From: an uncultured Planctomycetota bacterium
GTDB taxonomy: Bacteria > Planctomycetota > Phycisphaerae > Tepidisphaerales > Tepidisphaeraceae
Assembly: GCA_963841915.1 (NCBI GenBank)
Contig: CAWJEN010000005.1
Coordinates: forward strand, 736,001-800,000
Direction: 5' to 3'
Length of the DNA: 64,000 nucleotides
Shown piece after piece: positions 36,059 to 45,070 of the stretch. The stretch's first letter is position 1; the number at the start of each line of letters is the position of its first letter. The notes beneath the pieces were generated by a model. That model was not told the DNA's origin. It made no database searches and worked only from the letters and a program-made list of their open reading frames with translations. The translations under genes were made by a program, and so were the position numbers.

Positions 36059-37147
36059 GATGATGAGACGTGCGTGCAATTTGCCCGTGCGGTGCAGTTC
36101 CTTGAGGATCGAGATGCGGTCCTCGGCAGGGACCTGCAAGCGGTCGAGGGCGGCGACCAGGTCGGCGAGCCGAGCGCGGCTGCGCTCGTTCGTCACGCCT
36201 TCACCGACGGCTAGCGGGACAAAGTTGCCCTCGGTCATGACGCCCGTGCCGCCGTTGGCGAACGGGTCGCCCGGGCCGGTCACGCCACCCGACGGTTGGG
36301 CAACGGTCGTGATGGTCAGGCCGTGCATGGAGATGACGACGGGGCTGATTTCGACGTCACCCGTGAGCACGATGGTGCCGAGCCGCTCGTTGATGCGGAC
36401 GCGTGCCTCGTCGGCGAGCATCGGCACGGGCAACCGCTGGACGCGGCTGATGAACGAATCGGGCCGGGCCACGTCGCTCTGCGGAATCGAGACGACGACG
36501 TTCTTGGGGTCGATGGCCACCGCCAGCTCGCGGCCGTCCAGGCTTTCGGAGTCGTTGATGACCTTGGCGATGTGACTGGCCGTCGTCCAGCCGGCGTGGC
36601 CGTCGTCGAGGACGATCGTGAAGCGGCCGTCACGGACGAACTGCTTGGGCAGGTCGCGTTCCATCACGCAGCCACGCTCGATGCGGGCGACGGTCGGAAT
36701 CTCATCATCTTCAAGGACAATGGCCCCTTCGGCCAGGGCAAAGACGCCCCCGCCGCCCGGCAGCGGGCCGGTCAGCGGCGTGACGAACAGGCGGCCGCCC
36801 TTCAGGCTCTTGGCTGAGCCGATGCTCGTGACGTGGACGTCGAGCGGGTCACCGGCCCTGACGCCGTTGCGTGGCACGACCACCGTGAGGGCGACGATGG
36901 CAACGTTGTCGGCGTCGCTGAGCTCGAGCACGTCGGTGGTGTTGCCGAAGTGACCGAGCATTTGAGCGAGGCTGCGGATGGCAGGCTGGAAGTCGCCACC
37001 GTCACCGGTGCCGTCGAGACCCATGACCAGACCGATGCCGGTCAGGCGTTCGGTGCGTTGGGCATCGAGCCGCGACACGTCGGCCACGCGAGAGGCAGAG
37101 GCGGTGGCGGCGAAGGCAAGCAGTAGCAGTGTGGTCAGGCGAATCAT
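36053..37147 (-). CDS. flgI: Flagellar P-ring protein
   Basis: LTGIGLVMGLDGTGD, NVAIV, DVHVTSIGSAKSLKGG.L..TPL, ARVRINERLGTIV, GKLHA. Confidence 0.95.
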   Translation of the reverse strand: MIRLTTLLLLAFAATASASRVADVSRLDAQRTERLTGIGLVMGLDGTGDGGDFQPAIRSLAQMLGHFGNTTDVLELSDADNVAIVALTVVVPRNGVRAGDPLDVHVTSIGSAKSLKGGRLFVTPLTGPLPGGGGVFALAEGAIVLEDDEIPTVARIERGCVMERDLPKQFVRDGRFTIVLDDGHAGWTTASHIAKVINDSESLDGRELAVAIDPKNVVVSIPQSDVARPDSFISRVQRLPVPMLADEARVRINERLGTIVLTGDVEISPVVISMHGLTITTVAQPSGGVTGPGDPFANGGTGVMTEGNFVPLAVGEGVTNERSRARLADLVAALDRLQVPAEDRISILKELHRTGKLHARLIID

Positions 37148-37202
37148 GGTGCTCCGAAAAGTGGCTCTCGTTCCTCGTGTCTCGTCCCCTGTTTCTCAGG
37201 CA

Positions 37203-37955
37203 TCAGAACGGGTTGACGCGGTCGATGATCCGCGGCAGGAAGCCGCGTCTTGACGCGTCGCGGACCGGGCCACTGGTGTGCTTTTGCAGGTGCAGGTCGT
37301 GCAGCTGCGTCGACAGGACCGTGTTGCCGGCCGTGACGTCTGCCGTGCGGCAGGTGCCGGTCAGGACGATGAGGGCTTCATCGTCGTCAGTCGTGATTCG
37401 CTTGCGGGCCTGAATGACGAGCGTGCCGTTGGGTTTGACGTCGAGGACTTCTGCGGTGATGCGGGTGACGAAGCTGTCGCGGCGGTCGCTCTTGCCGTCA
37501 CCGGAAAACTGGCGTTCTGCCTCGAAATCGATGGCTTGGCCACCCCGCTTGGGGACAACGCGCAGGTTGCCGATGTCGAGGTCGACGTATTCCCGCAGTT
37601 CAGCGGCGAGGCTGTATTCCTTTTCGTACTCACCGCTGCCCGCGCTGCGGCTGGAGCTTTCTTCGCGGACGATGATCGTCAGCAGATCGTGCTGGCGGAC
37701 GAGCGTCGGCTCGGGTGGCGGGACGGCCCAGAAGCTTACGCCCGGCCCGACGGCCAGTGGTGCTTCACCTCGGAGCTGCGGCCGAGCGTTGAGCTGAGCT
37801 TGAAGCAGGGACGAGCCGTCGGCAAACATGCGGCGAGCGATCTCTTCAGCCGTCTCGATGGGTGCGGGATCGGAGGCCGGTTGGGTCGTCTCGTCTCGTT
37901 GCTGGGCGAAGACAGGGGTCGTTGCCAGGAGCAGGATTGCTGTTTGCAGACGCAT
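37203..37955 (-). CDS. flgH: Flagellar L-ring protein
   Basis: DLLTIIVRE, FSGDG...R, ITAEVLDVKPNGTLVI, LTG.CR.ADV...NTVLSTQL. Confidence 0.9.
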   Translation of the reverse strand: MRLQTAILLLATTPVFAQQRDETTQPASDPAPIETAEEIARRMFADGSSLLQAQLNARPQLRGEAPLAVGPGVSFWAVPPPEPTLVRQHDLLTIIVREESSSRSAGSGEYEKEYSLAAELREYVDLDIGNLRVVPKRGGQAIDFEAERQFSGDGKSDRRDSFVTRITAEVLDVKPNGTLVIQARKRITTDDDEALIVLTGTCRTADVTAGNTVLSTQLHDLHLQKHTSGPVRDASRRGFLPRIIDRVNPF

Positions 37956-38029
37956 GGTTCCGGGGTTGCAAAGCCAGTGAAGCGGCTTGGCCGTCGGGCG
38001 TGTCTTGTGGAAAGTCATAGAGTTGTTCC

Positions 38030-39007
38030 TTAAGAAGCGACGGAACCAGCCTGCGGGCCGGTGACGACGACGGAGAGATCTTCGCCTGTGGCTTCGGCGC
38101 GGCACTTGACGACTTGGCCGAAGGTGGCGTCGCCGGAGGCCTTGGCGAGGGTGCGGACGATGACGCCGCCGCGGTTGAGCGTGACGGTGACGAGTTGGCC
38201 GCGCTTGACGAGCATGGGGGCGGCCAGGTCGCGACCGACGAGGGCGTCACCGACGGTGAGCGTGCGGGCGGCGCGTTGCCCGACGGCGGCGGCGAGGGAC
38301 AGGCCGATGTCGTCGACCGTGTCGACCACGGCGGCTGATTTCTCGAGATCTTCTGGACGAATGACCGATCCGCGACCGATCGGGCGGGCGACGCGGGCAC
38401 GAATGACGGTGGCCGTCGCTTCGATACGGACGCTCTTCGTCGAGCCGTCGGCAAGCGTCAGACGCCACGTCGAGCTGCCCAGCGTGGGCGGCTGTGTAGC
38501 GGTCGCCTTCGTTACTCCGGCCGGAAGATCGTCCCGCGACCGCACCTTGATTGTGTCGATCGGCAGGGCCAGCGCCTCGGCGATCTGCTCAAGCATGAGC
38601 TGCTTCGTCGACTCGCTGGCGATGACGCCGGTGGGCGAGGCGTGAGCGTTAGACGATGAGACAAGATCGCCCCACTCGTCCGAGACGATAGCGTTTTCGC
38701 CTGTTTCTGGGGCGATGCGTGTGATGACGCAGCGGGCCGGGCCGTTGACAAGAAGTTGATCGCCACGGATGCCGGCGTCGCCGAGAACGCGGATGACGTC
38801 CTGCAGATCAACGCCGCCGTCGTCGACGCGTACGACGCGTGACAGGATGCTCGCATCGACATCACCCTCGACGCGGGCCACGTCACGCACGGTGACGACG
38901 CCTGAAACGCCCGCCGATTCGCGCAGCGTAAGGCGGACCGGATCGGCAGCGCCCGCAAAGGCGGCCGTGAGGCATAGGGCCAGGGGAATGAGCGTTTTGC
39001 TGAGCAT
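38030..39007 (-). CDS. flgA: Flagellar P-ring formation chaperone
   Basis: Signal peptide, SAF-like domain and PMLVKRGQLVTV...G....A.A..D...GQ.V. Confidence 0.88.
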   Translation of the reverse strand: MLSKTLIPLALCLTAAFAGAADPVRLTLRESAGVSGVVTVRDVARVEGDVDASILSRVVRVDDGGVDLQDVIRVLGDAGIRGDQLLVNGPARCVITRIAPETGENAIVSDEWGDLVSSSNAHASPTGVIASESTKQLMLEQIAEALALPIDTIKVRSRDDLPAGVTKATATQPPTLGSSTWRLTLADGSTKSVRIEATATVIRARVARPIGRGSVIRPEDLEKSAAVVDTVDDIGLSLAAAVGQRAARTLTVGDALVGRDLAAPMLVKRGQLVTVTLNRGGVIVRTLAKASGDATFGQVVKCRAEATGEDLSVVVTGPQAGSVAS

Positions 39008-39043
39008 CTGGAGTCTTTCTGCGGTGAGGCCGAGCTGTTCGAT

Positions 39044-39856
39044 TTAGCGGCGGAGGTTGCCGATGGTCTGCAGCGCGTCGTCGGCGGCCTGGATGGACTG
39101 GCTGTTGAGCTCGAAATTGCGCTGCGTCTTGATGAGTGTCACGAGCTCCTTGACCGGGTCGACGTTGGAGCCTTCGAGGAAGCCCTGACGGATCAGGCCG
39201 GCCCCGTCTTCGCCGGGCAATGCCGCGATGCCGCCACCGCTGGCGGCGGTCTCGACAAAGAGGCTGCCACCGAGCAGGCGAAGGCCCTGCGGGTTGCTGA
39301 AGTTCGAGACCTCGATACGGCCGAATGCCTGGGCCTCGACGGCACCGGGCGTGATGCCGCTGATCGTGCCGTCTTCGCTGATCTCGATCGTTTCCGTCGG
39401 CACTTCGACCGGAATGTTGATCGGCGGGTCGAGGCGGTAACCGGCACCGAGCCCGAGGATGATGTCACCCTCGTTGTTCCGGAAAAAGTCACCGTTCCGC
39501 GTGTAGGCGACGCCGTCACCGATGCCGTCGGCGACGGTCACTTTGAAGAAGCCCTGACCCTCGATGGCGAGGTCGAGTTTGCCGCTGGTCGGGTCGAGCG
39601 TGCCTTGCGAGAGGTCGAGCTGCGTGTTGCTGATCTTGACGCCCAGGCCGACCTGCACACCGGCCGGTGAGGCGTCACCGTTGGCGTTGAGGGTGCCGGG
39701 GTGACGCTTCGTGAGGTACATCAAGTCCTCGAAGTTCACACGCTGCCGCTTGAAGCTGGTCGTCTCTGCGTTGGCGAGGTTGTTGGCGATGACGTCGATG
39801 CGAGTCGACAGAGCACGCAGGCCGGTGGAGGCGCTGTTGAGGGCGGTAATGGCCAT
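39044..39856 (-). CDS. flgG: Flagellar distal rod protein
   Basis: IDVIANNLANAET, FEDLMY, QVGLGV, YTRNG, QGFLEGSNVDPVKELV.LI..QR.FE.NS. Confidence 0.95.
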   Translation of the reverse strand: MAITALNSASTGLRALSTRIDVIANNLANAETTSFKRQRVNFEDLMYLTKRHPGTLNANGDASPAGVQVGLGVKISNTQLDLSQGTLDPTSGKLDLAIEGQGFFKVTVADGIGDGVAYTRNGDFFRNNEGDIILGLGAGYRLDPPINIPVEVPTETIEISEDGTISGITPGAVEAQAFGRIEVSNFSNPQGLRLLGGSLFVETAASGGGIAALPGEDGAGLIRQGFLEGSNVDPVKELVTLIKTQRNFELNSQSIQAADDALQTIGNLRR

Positions 39857-39886
39857 GGTTCTTTGGGAAGAGGCGAAGAGGCAGGA

Positions 39887-40648
39887 TCAGGCAACGGCGG
39901 CGGCGTCGATCAGACGGCCGAGGCTCGAGTCCTGAAAGCGGATCATGTTGGCATTGGCTTCGAGCTGACGGCTGATTGCCATCATCTGCGTCAGCTCGCT
40001 CGTCGGGTCGACGTTGCTGAGCTCGACAAAGCCGCCGCGGACGTTGCGAAGCGCGTCATCGAGCGGGTCGACTTCGCCGGCCGGGTCAAAGAGGCCTTGA
40101 CCGACAACAGTCATCGCCGACGCGTCGGCAGGCAGGCTGATACCGAGGCGTGCGATGGGCTGACCGGCCTGTGTCGTCAGCATGCCGTGCTCGTTGATCG
40201 CAAGGTCGGACGAGGTCGTGCCGGCCGGAAGTGCGATGGGCAGGCCTGCGTCGTCGAGCACGCGGACGTCGCTGCGACCGGCAAGGGTCAGCGTGCCGTC
40301 GGCGTCGAGCTGAAGTCGGCCGTCCCGCGTCAGTGCCATCTCTGCACCGCCGGGCGTTTGACGCTCGACCGTGAGAAAGCCATCACCGACGATGGCCAGA
40401 TCGAGCGGGTTGCTTGTCTCATCTAGGCCACCAGCGGTCGAGTCGAGTTGCGTCGGCAGCAAGATGTTGCCGCCGGTCGTGCCGCGGAGGTTGTCAGGCA
40501 TCTGGGCCTGCGGGGCCCGCTCTTTTTCGAGCGTGAGCAACCGGCGGAAGCCGACCGTGTCGGCGTTCGCCAAATTGTTGGCAATAACGTCTTGCTTGGC
40601 CCGGGCCTGGCTGATGCCGGTCGCGTTGAGATAGGTTCCGTAGATCAT
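39887..40648 (-). CDS. flgF: Flagellar proximal rod protein
   Basis: DVIANNLANADTVGF, TSNPLDLAI.GDGF, LTRDG, ELSNVD...R.LEAN; upstream of flgG. Confidence 0.88.
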   Translation of the reverse strand: MIYGTYLNATGISQARAKQDVIANNLANADTVGFRRLLTLEKERAPQAQMPDNLRGTTGGNILLPTQLDSTAGGLDETSNPLDLAIVGDGFLTVERQTPGGAEMALTRDGRLQLDADGTLTLAGRSDVRVLDDAGLPIALPAGTTSSDLAINEHGMLTTQAGQPIARLGISLPADASAMTVVGQGLFDPAGEVDPLDDALRNVRGGFVELSNVDPTSELTQMMAISRQLEANANMIRFQDSSLGRLIDAAAVA

Positions 40649-40719
40649 CGAGAGACGCGGGCGGAGTGCCCACGTCTGTTATCGGTCGCTGGCCCTTCGT
40701 CCCATAACACGACTTGAGC

Positions 40720-41658
40720 TCAAGTTGTGCCCGCAAGCTCTTCAGCCGTCTCGCGAATGGCCTCGCGCTGCCGCTCTGCGTCTGCCTTCGTCTTCTCCAT
40801 CGCCTGCCGCTGGCCCGCATTAATGGCCTCTCCCGCCCGCTCACCCGCCGACTTAGCACGCTGATCGGCGACCGCCTCGACATGTTTGAGCTGCCCTTCG
40901 GCGTCGTCTTTTCGTCCGTCAAGCTCCGCCAGGCGGTCGGCCCTGCCGTACAGGATGATCACGTCACCCACGTTGGCCGTCGTGGCAGCGTCAGGGGCAC
41001 CGATGTACGTGCCGTCGCGCCGATTGATGCCGAGCACGATGACCCCTTCGCTCGTCAGTCGCAGCTTGGACAGTTGCTTCTCTGCCAGCCAGTCGCCCTC
41101 TCCGACGCGCAGCTCGCTTACGCCGTAGTCGCCGCTGAGGTGCATGAGGTTGGCATAGTCGCGGACTTCGATCTTCGTGTACTTCTTAAGAAGCTTAAAG
41201 GTCCAGCGGTTGATGATCCGCTCGACGACGCGACTGCTCGCCACCGCCCAAAGGGCCGCCACGCCGGTGACGAGGAACGCCATTCGGGTCCAGAGCGGAA
41301 ACCCGACCGCCTGAGCGACGAGCTTGTACTCACGCACGCCCGTTTCAGCGTCGACGATGGGCTCGAGCACCTGCTCGACGCCGCCCCCGGCCAGCAGGCC
41401 TGCCATCAGCGCACCGACCGTCGTGACGATGCCGGCGTTACCCAGCAGCATCAGCGTCGAGATGATCCGACGCCGTACCGGGTGGCCCACGATCTGCTCG
41501 CTCTCGCCAGTGGTGTAACCGCAACCCGTAAAAGCACTTCGGGCCTGAAACCGCGCCAGCGGCAGGCTCAGGCCCGTCAGAATAAGCATCACCGTGGCCA
41601 CCCGCACCGTCAGCAAGCTGATGGTCAGCACGACAAGTAAGGTGGCGATAGCGGTCAT
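40720..41658 (-). CDS. Membrane protein with a TrkA-C (RCK_C) domain
   Basis: LTGLS...ARFQARSAFTGCGYTTGESE.IV.HPVRRRI, then VLGINRRDGTYIGAP......GDVIILYG. Confidence 0.85.
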   Translation of the reverse strand: MTAIATLLVVLTISLLTVRVATVMLILTGLSLPLARFQARSAFTGCGYTTGESEQIVGHPVRRRIISTLMLLGNAGIVTTVGALMAGLLAGGGVEQVLEPIVDAETGVREYKLVAQAVGFPLWTRMAFLVTGVAALWAVASSRVVERIINRWTFKLLKKYTKIEVRDYANLMHLSGDYGVSELRVGEGDWLAEKQLSKLRLTSEGVIVLGINRRDGTYIGAPDAATTANVGDVIILYGRADRLAELDGRKDDAEGQLKHVEAVADQRAKSAGERAGEAINAGQRQAMEKTKADAERQREAIRETAEELAGTT

Positions 41659-41668
41659 GGGTCGTCAG

Positions 41669-41763
41669 AGACGAGCAACGAGGAATGAGTAGCGAGAGCC
41701 GGAGCCGGACCAGCTTAACGCCCTCCGGCTTTGACCTCATCTCTCGCTACTCATCTCTCATTA
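41669..41763. repeat. Intergenic inverted element built from heptamer repeats
   Basis: atgagtagcgagag (41685-41698) pairs with ctctcgctactcat (41741-41754). Both arms have 7-nt periodicity. Confidence 0.7.
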
Positions 41764-42397
41764 CGCGTTTCTGCCTCGGCAGATAATCCCACGCGCTCCA
41801 AAGCGTCACCGCCACCGTGCCCCAGATCGCGATGTGGCGCAGCACCCGTAGGAAGATCTCCAGCCCGTCGCCTCGCTCAAGCCAGCCGCGACCAAAGACG
41901 TAGACGAGCACGACCGGAATCGCGATCGACTGGAACACCATCTTGAACTTGCCCGCCCATTTGGCCCCGCTGGCCACCCCTGCCGCCTCGCCCATCGAGC
42001 GAATCGTCGTCACCAGCAGCTCGCGACCCAGTAGCAAAACTACCACGATCGGCCCAACGCCCGTCAGGTGCTCACCCGTCGCTTTGTCGATAAAGGTGGG
42101 CGACGCGAGGAAGATAAACGTGCCGAGCACGAGCATTTTGTCGCAAAATGGGTCGACGACGCGACCGAACGGGCTGGTGACGTCCCACTTGCGGGCGAGG
42201 TAGCCGTCGAGCCAATCCGTCGCCGCCGCCAGGCCGTAGACCCAGCCGGCGGTAAAAAGCCACCAGCTCATGGACGTCGTGCCGTGCTCGTAGAACCGCA
42301 GCATCGCAAAGAAGATCGCCGCGACCACAAGCCGTGCGACGGTGATCGCGTTGGGCACGCGACGGCGGATCTTGGGGTCAGCCAGCGACAACAACAC
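41747..42397 (-). CDS. pgsA: CDP-alcohol phosphatidyltransferase (PgsA-like)
   Basis: VPNAITVAR, TDWLDGYLARKW...SPFG...DPFCDK, RELLVT, GKFKM. Confidence 0.9.
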   Translation of the reverse strand: MLLSLADPKIRRRVPNAITVARLVVAAIFFAMLRFYEHGTTSMSWWLFTAGWVYGLAAATDWLDGYLARKWDVTSPFGRVVDPFCDKMLVLGTFIFLASPTFIDKATGEHLTGVGPIVVVLLLGRELLVTTIRSMGEAAGVASGAKWAGKFKMVFQSIAIPVVLVYVFGRGWLERGDGLEIFLRVLRHIAIWGTVAVTLWSAWDYLPRQKRVMRDE

Positions 42398-42481
42398 GAT
42401 GAAGTGACCATAGCTTGCCGCGCCCGTGACGCGAATAGCGGGTGGAGTCGACGCTTCACCCGTGCGGGCGAACGATGGGCC

Positions 42482-43447
42482 GTGCAGACGTCCGCCGAGC
42501 CCACGCCACCGCGCGATCCTGTGCCGCCCCTTGTCGCGCCGCGTCAGATCATCACCCACGCCAGCGACATGGCCGTCGTCGCCTCGGGAGAGGCGACGCT
42601 GGGCGAGATCGATGCCAGGCTGGCCGAGCTGTCGCCGGTGCCTCAATGGCTGCCCATCGACGGCGACGCCTCCATGACGCTTCGGCAGGCCATCGACGCC
42701 GACACGAGCGGGCCGCTTCGCCTGAGCCAGGGCGGTTGGCGTGACCGCATCACCGGCCTTCAATACGCCGACTCCACTGACACACTCGTCACCGTCGGTG
42801 GGCTTCCGATCAAGAACGTCGCCGGATATGACCTGGCCAAGCTGTTCGTCGGCGGGCACGGCTGCTTCGGCCGCATCGTCAGCGTCAGCGTCCGCACCGC
42901 CAGGCGTCCCGAGCGGGCGCTGGCGCGGTGGATCGACGTGCCAGAGGGTCAATCCCTGCCGACCGTCGTCAACGAACTGCTGACGAGCCCTGTTCCGCCT
43001 GCATGGCTTTTGGTGACCGGTGGCGGGCTTCGGGCCGGTTGGCACGGGTCGTCGTCGGAGATCGAGCGGTTGCAGCCGCACGTGGGCGAGGGTGCCGCCG
43101 AGCGTCCGTTGGCAGATGACGTTGAAGAGCGGCGTCTGGCGACGCATCGACCGACGCGGGCGGTGGTGTCCCCGGCCGAGGTCGCCCCCTTTGCCGCCGA
43201 CCTGCGGGCCGACGGCCTGACGGATTGGGCGATCGATCCGGTACACGGCGTGGCCTGGCTTGCGGCGGTGGCGTGGGACGTCGCACGTCGGGCAGCCACC
43301 CGACGTGGCGGCCACGCCACCCGCTACCGCGACGACGGTGACCTTTGCGACGGCATCCCCGACGCCACCGCCGCCTTCCTCCGCCGGCTCAAGTCGACGC
43401 TCGACCCCACGGGCTCGCTCCCGCCCCTACCGGCCGGTGTCCGGTGA
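42482..43447 (+). CDS. glcE: FAD-binding oxidoreductase, GlcE-like
   Basis: SGPLR...GGWRD.ITG, GG..IKNVAGYDLAKLFVG..G.FG, LKSTLDP. Start uncertain. Confidence 0.7.
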   Translation: MQTSAEPTPPRDPVPPLVAPRQIITHASDMAVVASGEATLGEIDARLAELSPVPQWLPIDGDASMTLRQAIDADTSGPLRLSQGGWRDRITGLQYADSTDTLVTVGGLPIKNVAGYDLAKLFVGGHGCFGRIVSVSVRTARRPERALARWIDVPEGQSLPTVVNELLTSPVPPAWLLVTGGGLRAGWHGSSSEIERLQPHVGEGAAERPLADDVEERRLATHRPTRAVVSPAEVAPFAADLRADGLTDWAIDPVHGVAWLAAVAWDVARRAATRRGGHATRYRDDGDLCDGIPDATAAFLRRLKSTLDPTGSLPPLPAGVR

Positions 43448-43518
43448 AACACGCGCTCCAAGGGAGCGTCTTGTCACCTATAGAACCGCATCGGGGCCGA
43501 TAACGCACTAGGGGTCTG

Positions 43519-45033
43519 ATGCCATCACCCCGACCCGCCGATGGTGATGATGTGACCCTTGCTCCTGACGTTCGTGAGTTTGCCGATTCGGAACGGGGTG
43601 ACGCACAGCCGACCACCGAGACGTCGTTCGAGCCCGCTGCCGAGCCAGCCGAAGCCGGGCAAGCGGCAATTAAGCTGTCACCCGCCGCCCGCGTGGCCGG
43701 TGACGCGTGCGTGCAGTGTGGGTTGTGTCTGCCGGCTTGCCCGACGTATCTCGAAACCGCCAGCGAGGCCGACAGCCCACGCGGCCGCATCCGCATCATG
43801 CTCGGCCTCGACACGGGTGAGGTGCCGGCGACCGATGCCGCAACGGAACATCTCGATCGCTGCCTGGGTTGCCGGGCGTGCGAGACGGCCTGCCCCAGCG
43901 GCGTCTCGTACCACACGCTCTTCGATGAGGCCCGCAACAAGCTCGCCCACGATCGCGTCGACGGTGGCAAGCCTGAGAAGCCGCTGAGCCGTGTGCAGCG
44001 GGCCGTCTTCCTTGGCCTGCTCGCACGACCCAATCGCCTGCGGGCGAGCCTGGCTGTGGCACGGCTGAGCGATCGCGTCGGTCTCCGCAAGATCGCCCGC
44101 AAGCTCGGACTGACCAGCTTGCTGGGGCCGACGCTCAAGCGGATGGACCAACTGCTACCGAGCGACGACGGAGCTGCCATCTGGCCCAAGCCGCTGCCGG
44201 CGCACAGCCGTGCCGGTGGCATGGACATGGTCGTCACGATGCTCGACCCGGGTCGAGCCGACGATGCGGGCACCGTGCAGACGGTCGTCGCATTCTTCGA
44301 AGGATGCGTGGCGGGCGTGATGGCTCCCGACGTGCACCAAAAGGCGGCAGAGCTGCTTTGTTACGCCGGCGCAGACGTCATCAGCCCGCCGGACCAGGTC
44401 TGCTGCGGCGCGATTCATCAGCACGCCGGTGAGGGTGATCAGGCCCGCAACCTGGCGCGGAGTAACATCGACACGTACCTGCCGGACCGCGGGCCCGAGC
44501 CGACCTACATCACGACCTGCACCGCCGGTGACGGCGCGATGCTCCGCGGCTACGGCGAACTGCTGGCGGGCGATTCTCGCTACGCCAAGCGGGCCAAACG
44601 CTTCAGCGAGCTGGTCCGCGACGTGACGGAGGTGCTTCAGGAGCTTGGCGTCGGTCAGGGTGACAACGCCTTCGAGTACGACGTGCCGCTGCGTGCGGCG
44701 TACCACGACGCGTGCCACCTTGCCCACGCTCAGCGCGTGACGAGTCCGCCGCGGGAGATGCTGTCGCGTGTGCCGGGTCTGGAACTGGTTGCTCTGCCGG
44801 AGTCAGACGTGTGCTGTGGTGCTGCCGGGACGTACAACCTGACACAGCCGGAGATGGCGACGCAGCTTGCCGAGCGGAAGCTGGCCAACTTCGAGCCGCT
44901 GGAGGCCGACGTGCTCGTCAGTGGCAACATCGGCTGCACGATGCACCTGGCCGCCACGGCGACGAACCAGCAGCGTCCGGTGAAGATCGTCCATCCCGTC
45001 GAGTTGCTCCACGCAGCCGCGTTCGGAGCGTGA
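43519..45033 (+). CDS. glcF: Glycolate oxidase Fe-S subunit (GlcF-like, CCG domains)
   Basis: CVQCGLCLPACPTY, SPRGRI, CLGCRACETACPSGV, CCGA, YHDACHL.HAQ, CCGAAGTYNL, NIGC. Confidence 0.88.
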   Translation: MPSPRPADGDDVTLAPDVREFADSERGDAQPTTETSFEPAAEPAEAGQAAIKLSPAARVAGDACVQCGLCLPACPTYLETASEADSPRGRIRIMLGLDTGEVPATDAATEHLDRCLGCRACETACPSGVSYHTLFDEARNKLAHDRVDGGKPEKPLSRVQRAVFLGLLARPNRLRASLAVARLSDRVGLRKIARKLGLTSLLGPTLKRMDQLLPSDDGAAIWPKPLPAHSRAGGMDMVVTMLDPGRADDAGTVQTVVAFFEGCVAGVMAPDVHQKAAELLCYAGADVISPPDQVCCGAIHQHAGEGDQARNLARSNIDTYLPDRGPEPTYITTCTAGDGAMLRGYGELLAGDSRYAKRAKRFSELVRDVTEVLQELGVGQGDNAFEYDVPLRAAYHDACHLAHAQRVTSPPREMLSRVPGLELVALPESDVCCGAAGTYNLTQPEMATQLAERKLANFEPLEADVLVSGNIGCTMHLAATATNQQRPVKIVHPVELLHAAAFGA

Positions 45034-45070
45034 ACTTGCCGATCAGTGGGGCGTGAACTTGCCGATCAGT
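45025..45070. repeat. 23-bp tandem duplication containing both convergent stop codons
   Basis: gg(a/g)gcgtgaacttgccgatcagt occurs twice. glcF TGA is in copy 1 and the HEAT-gene stop is in copy 2. Confidence 0.92.
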
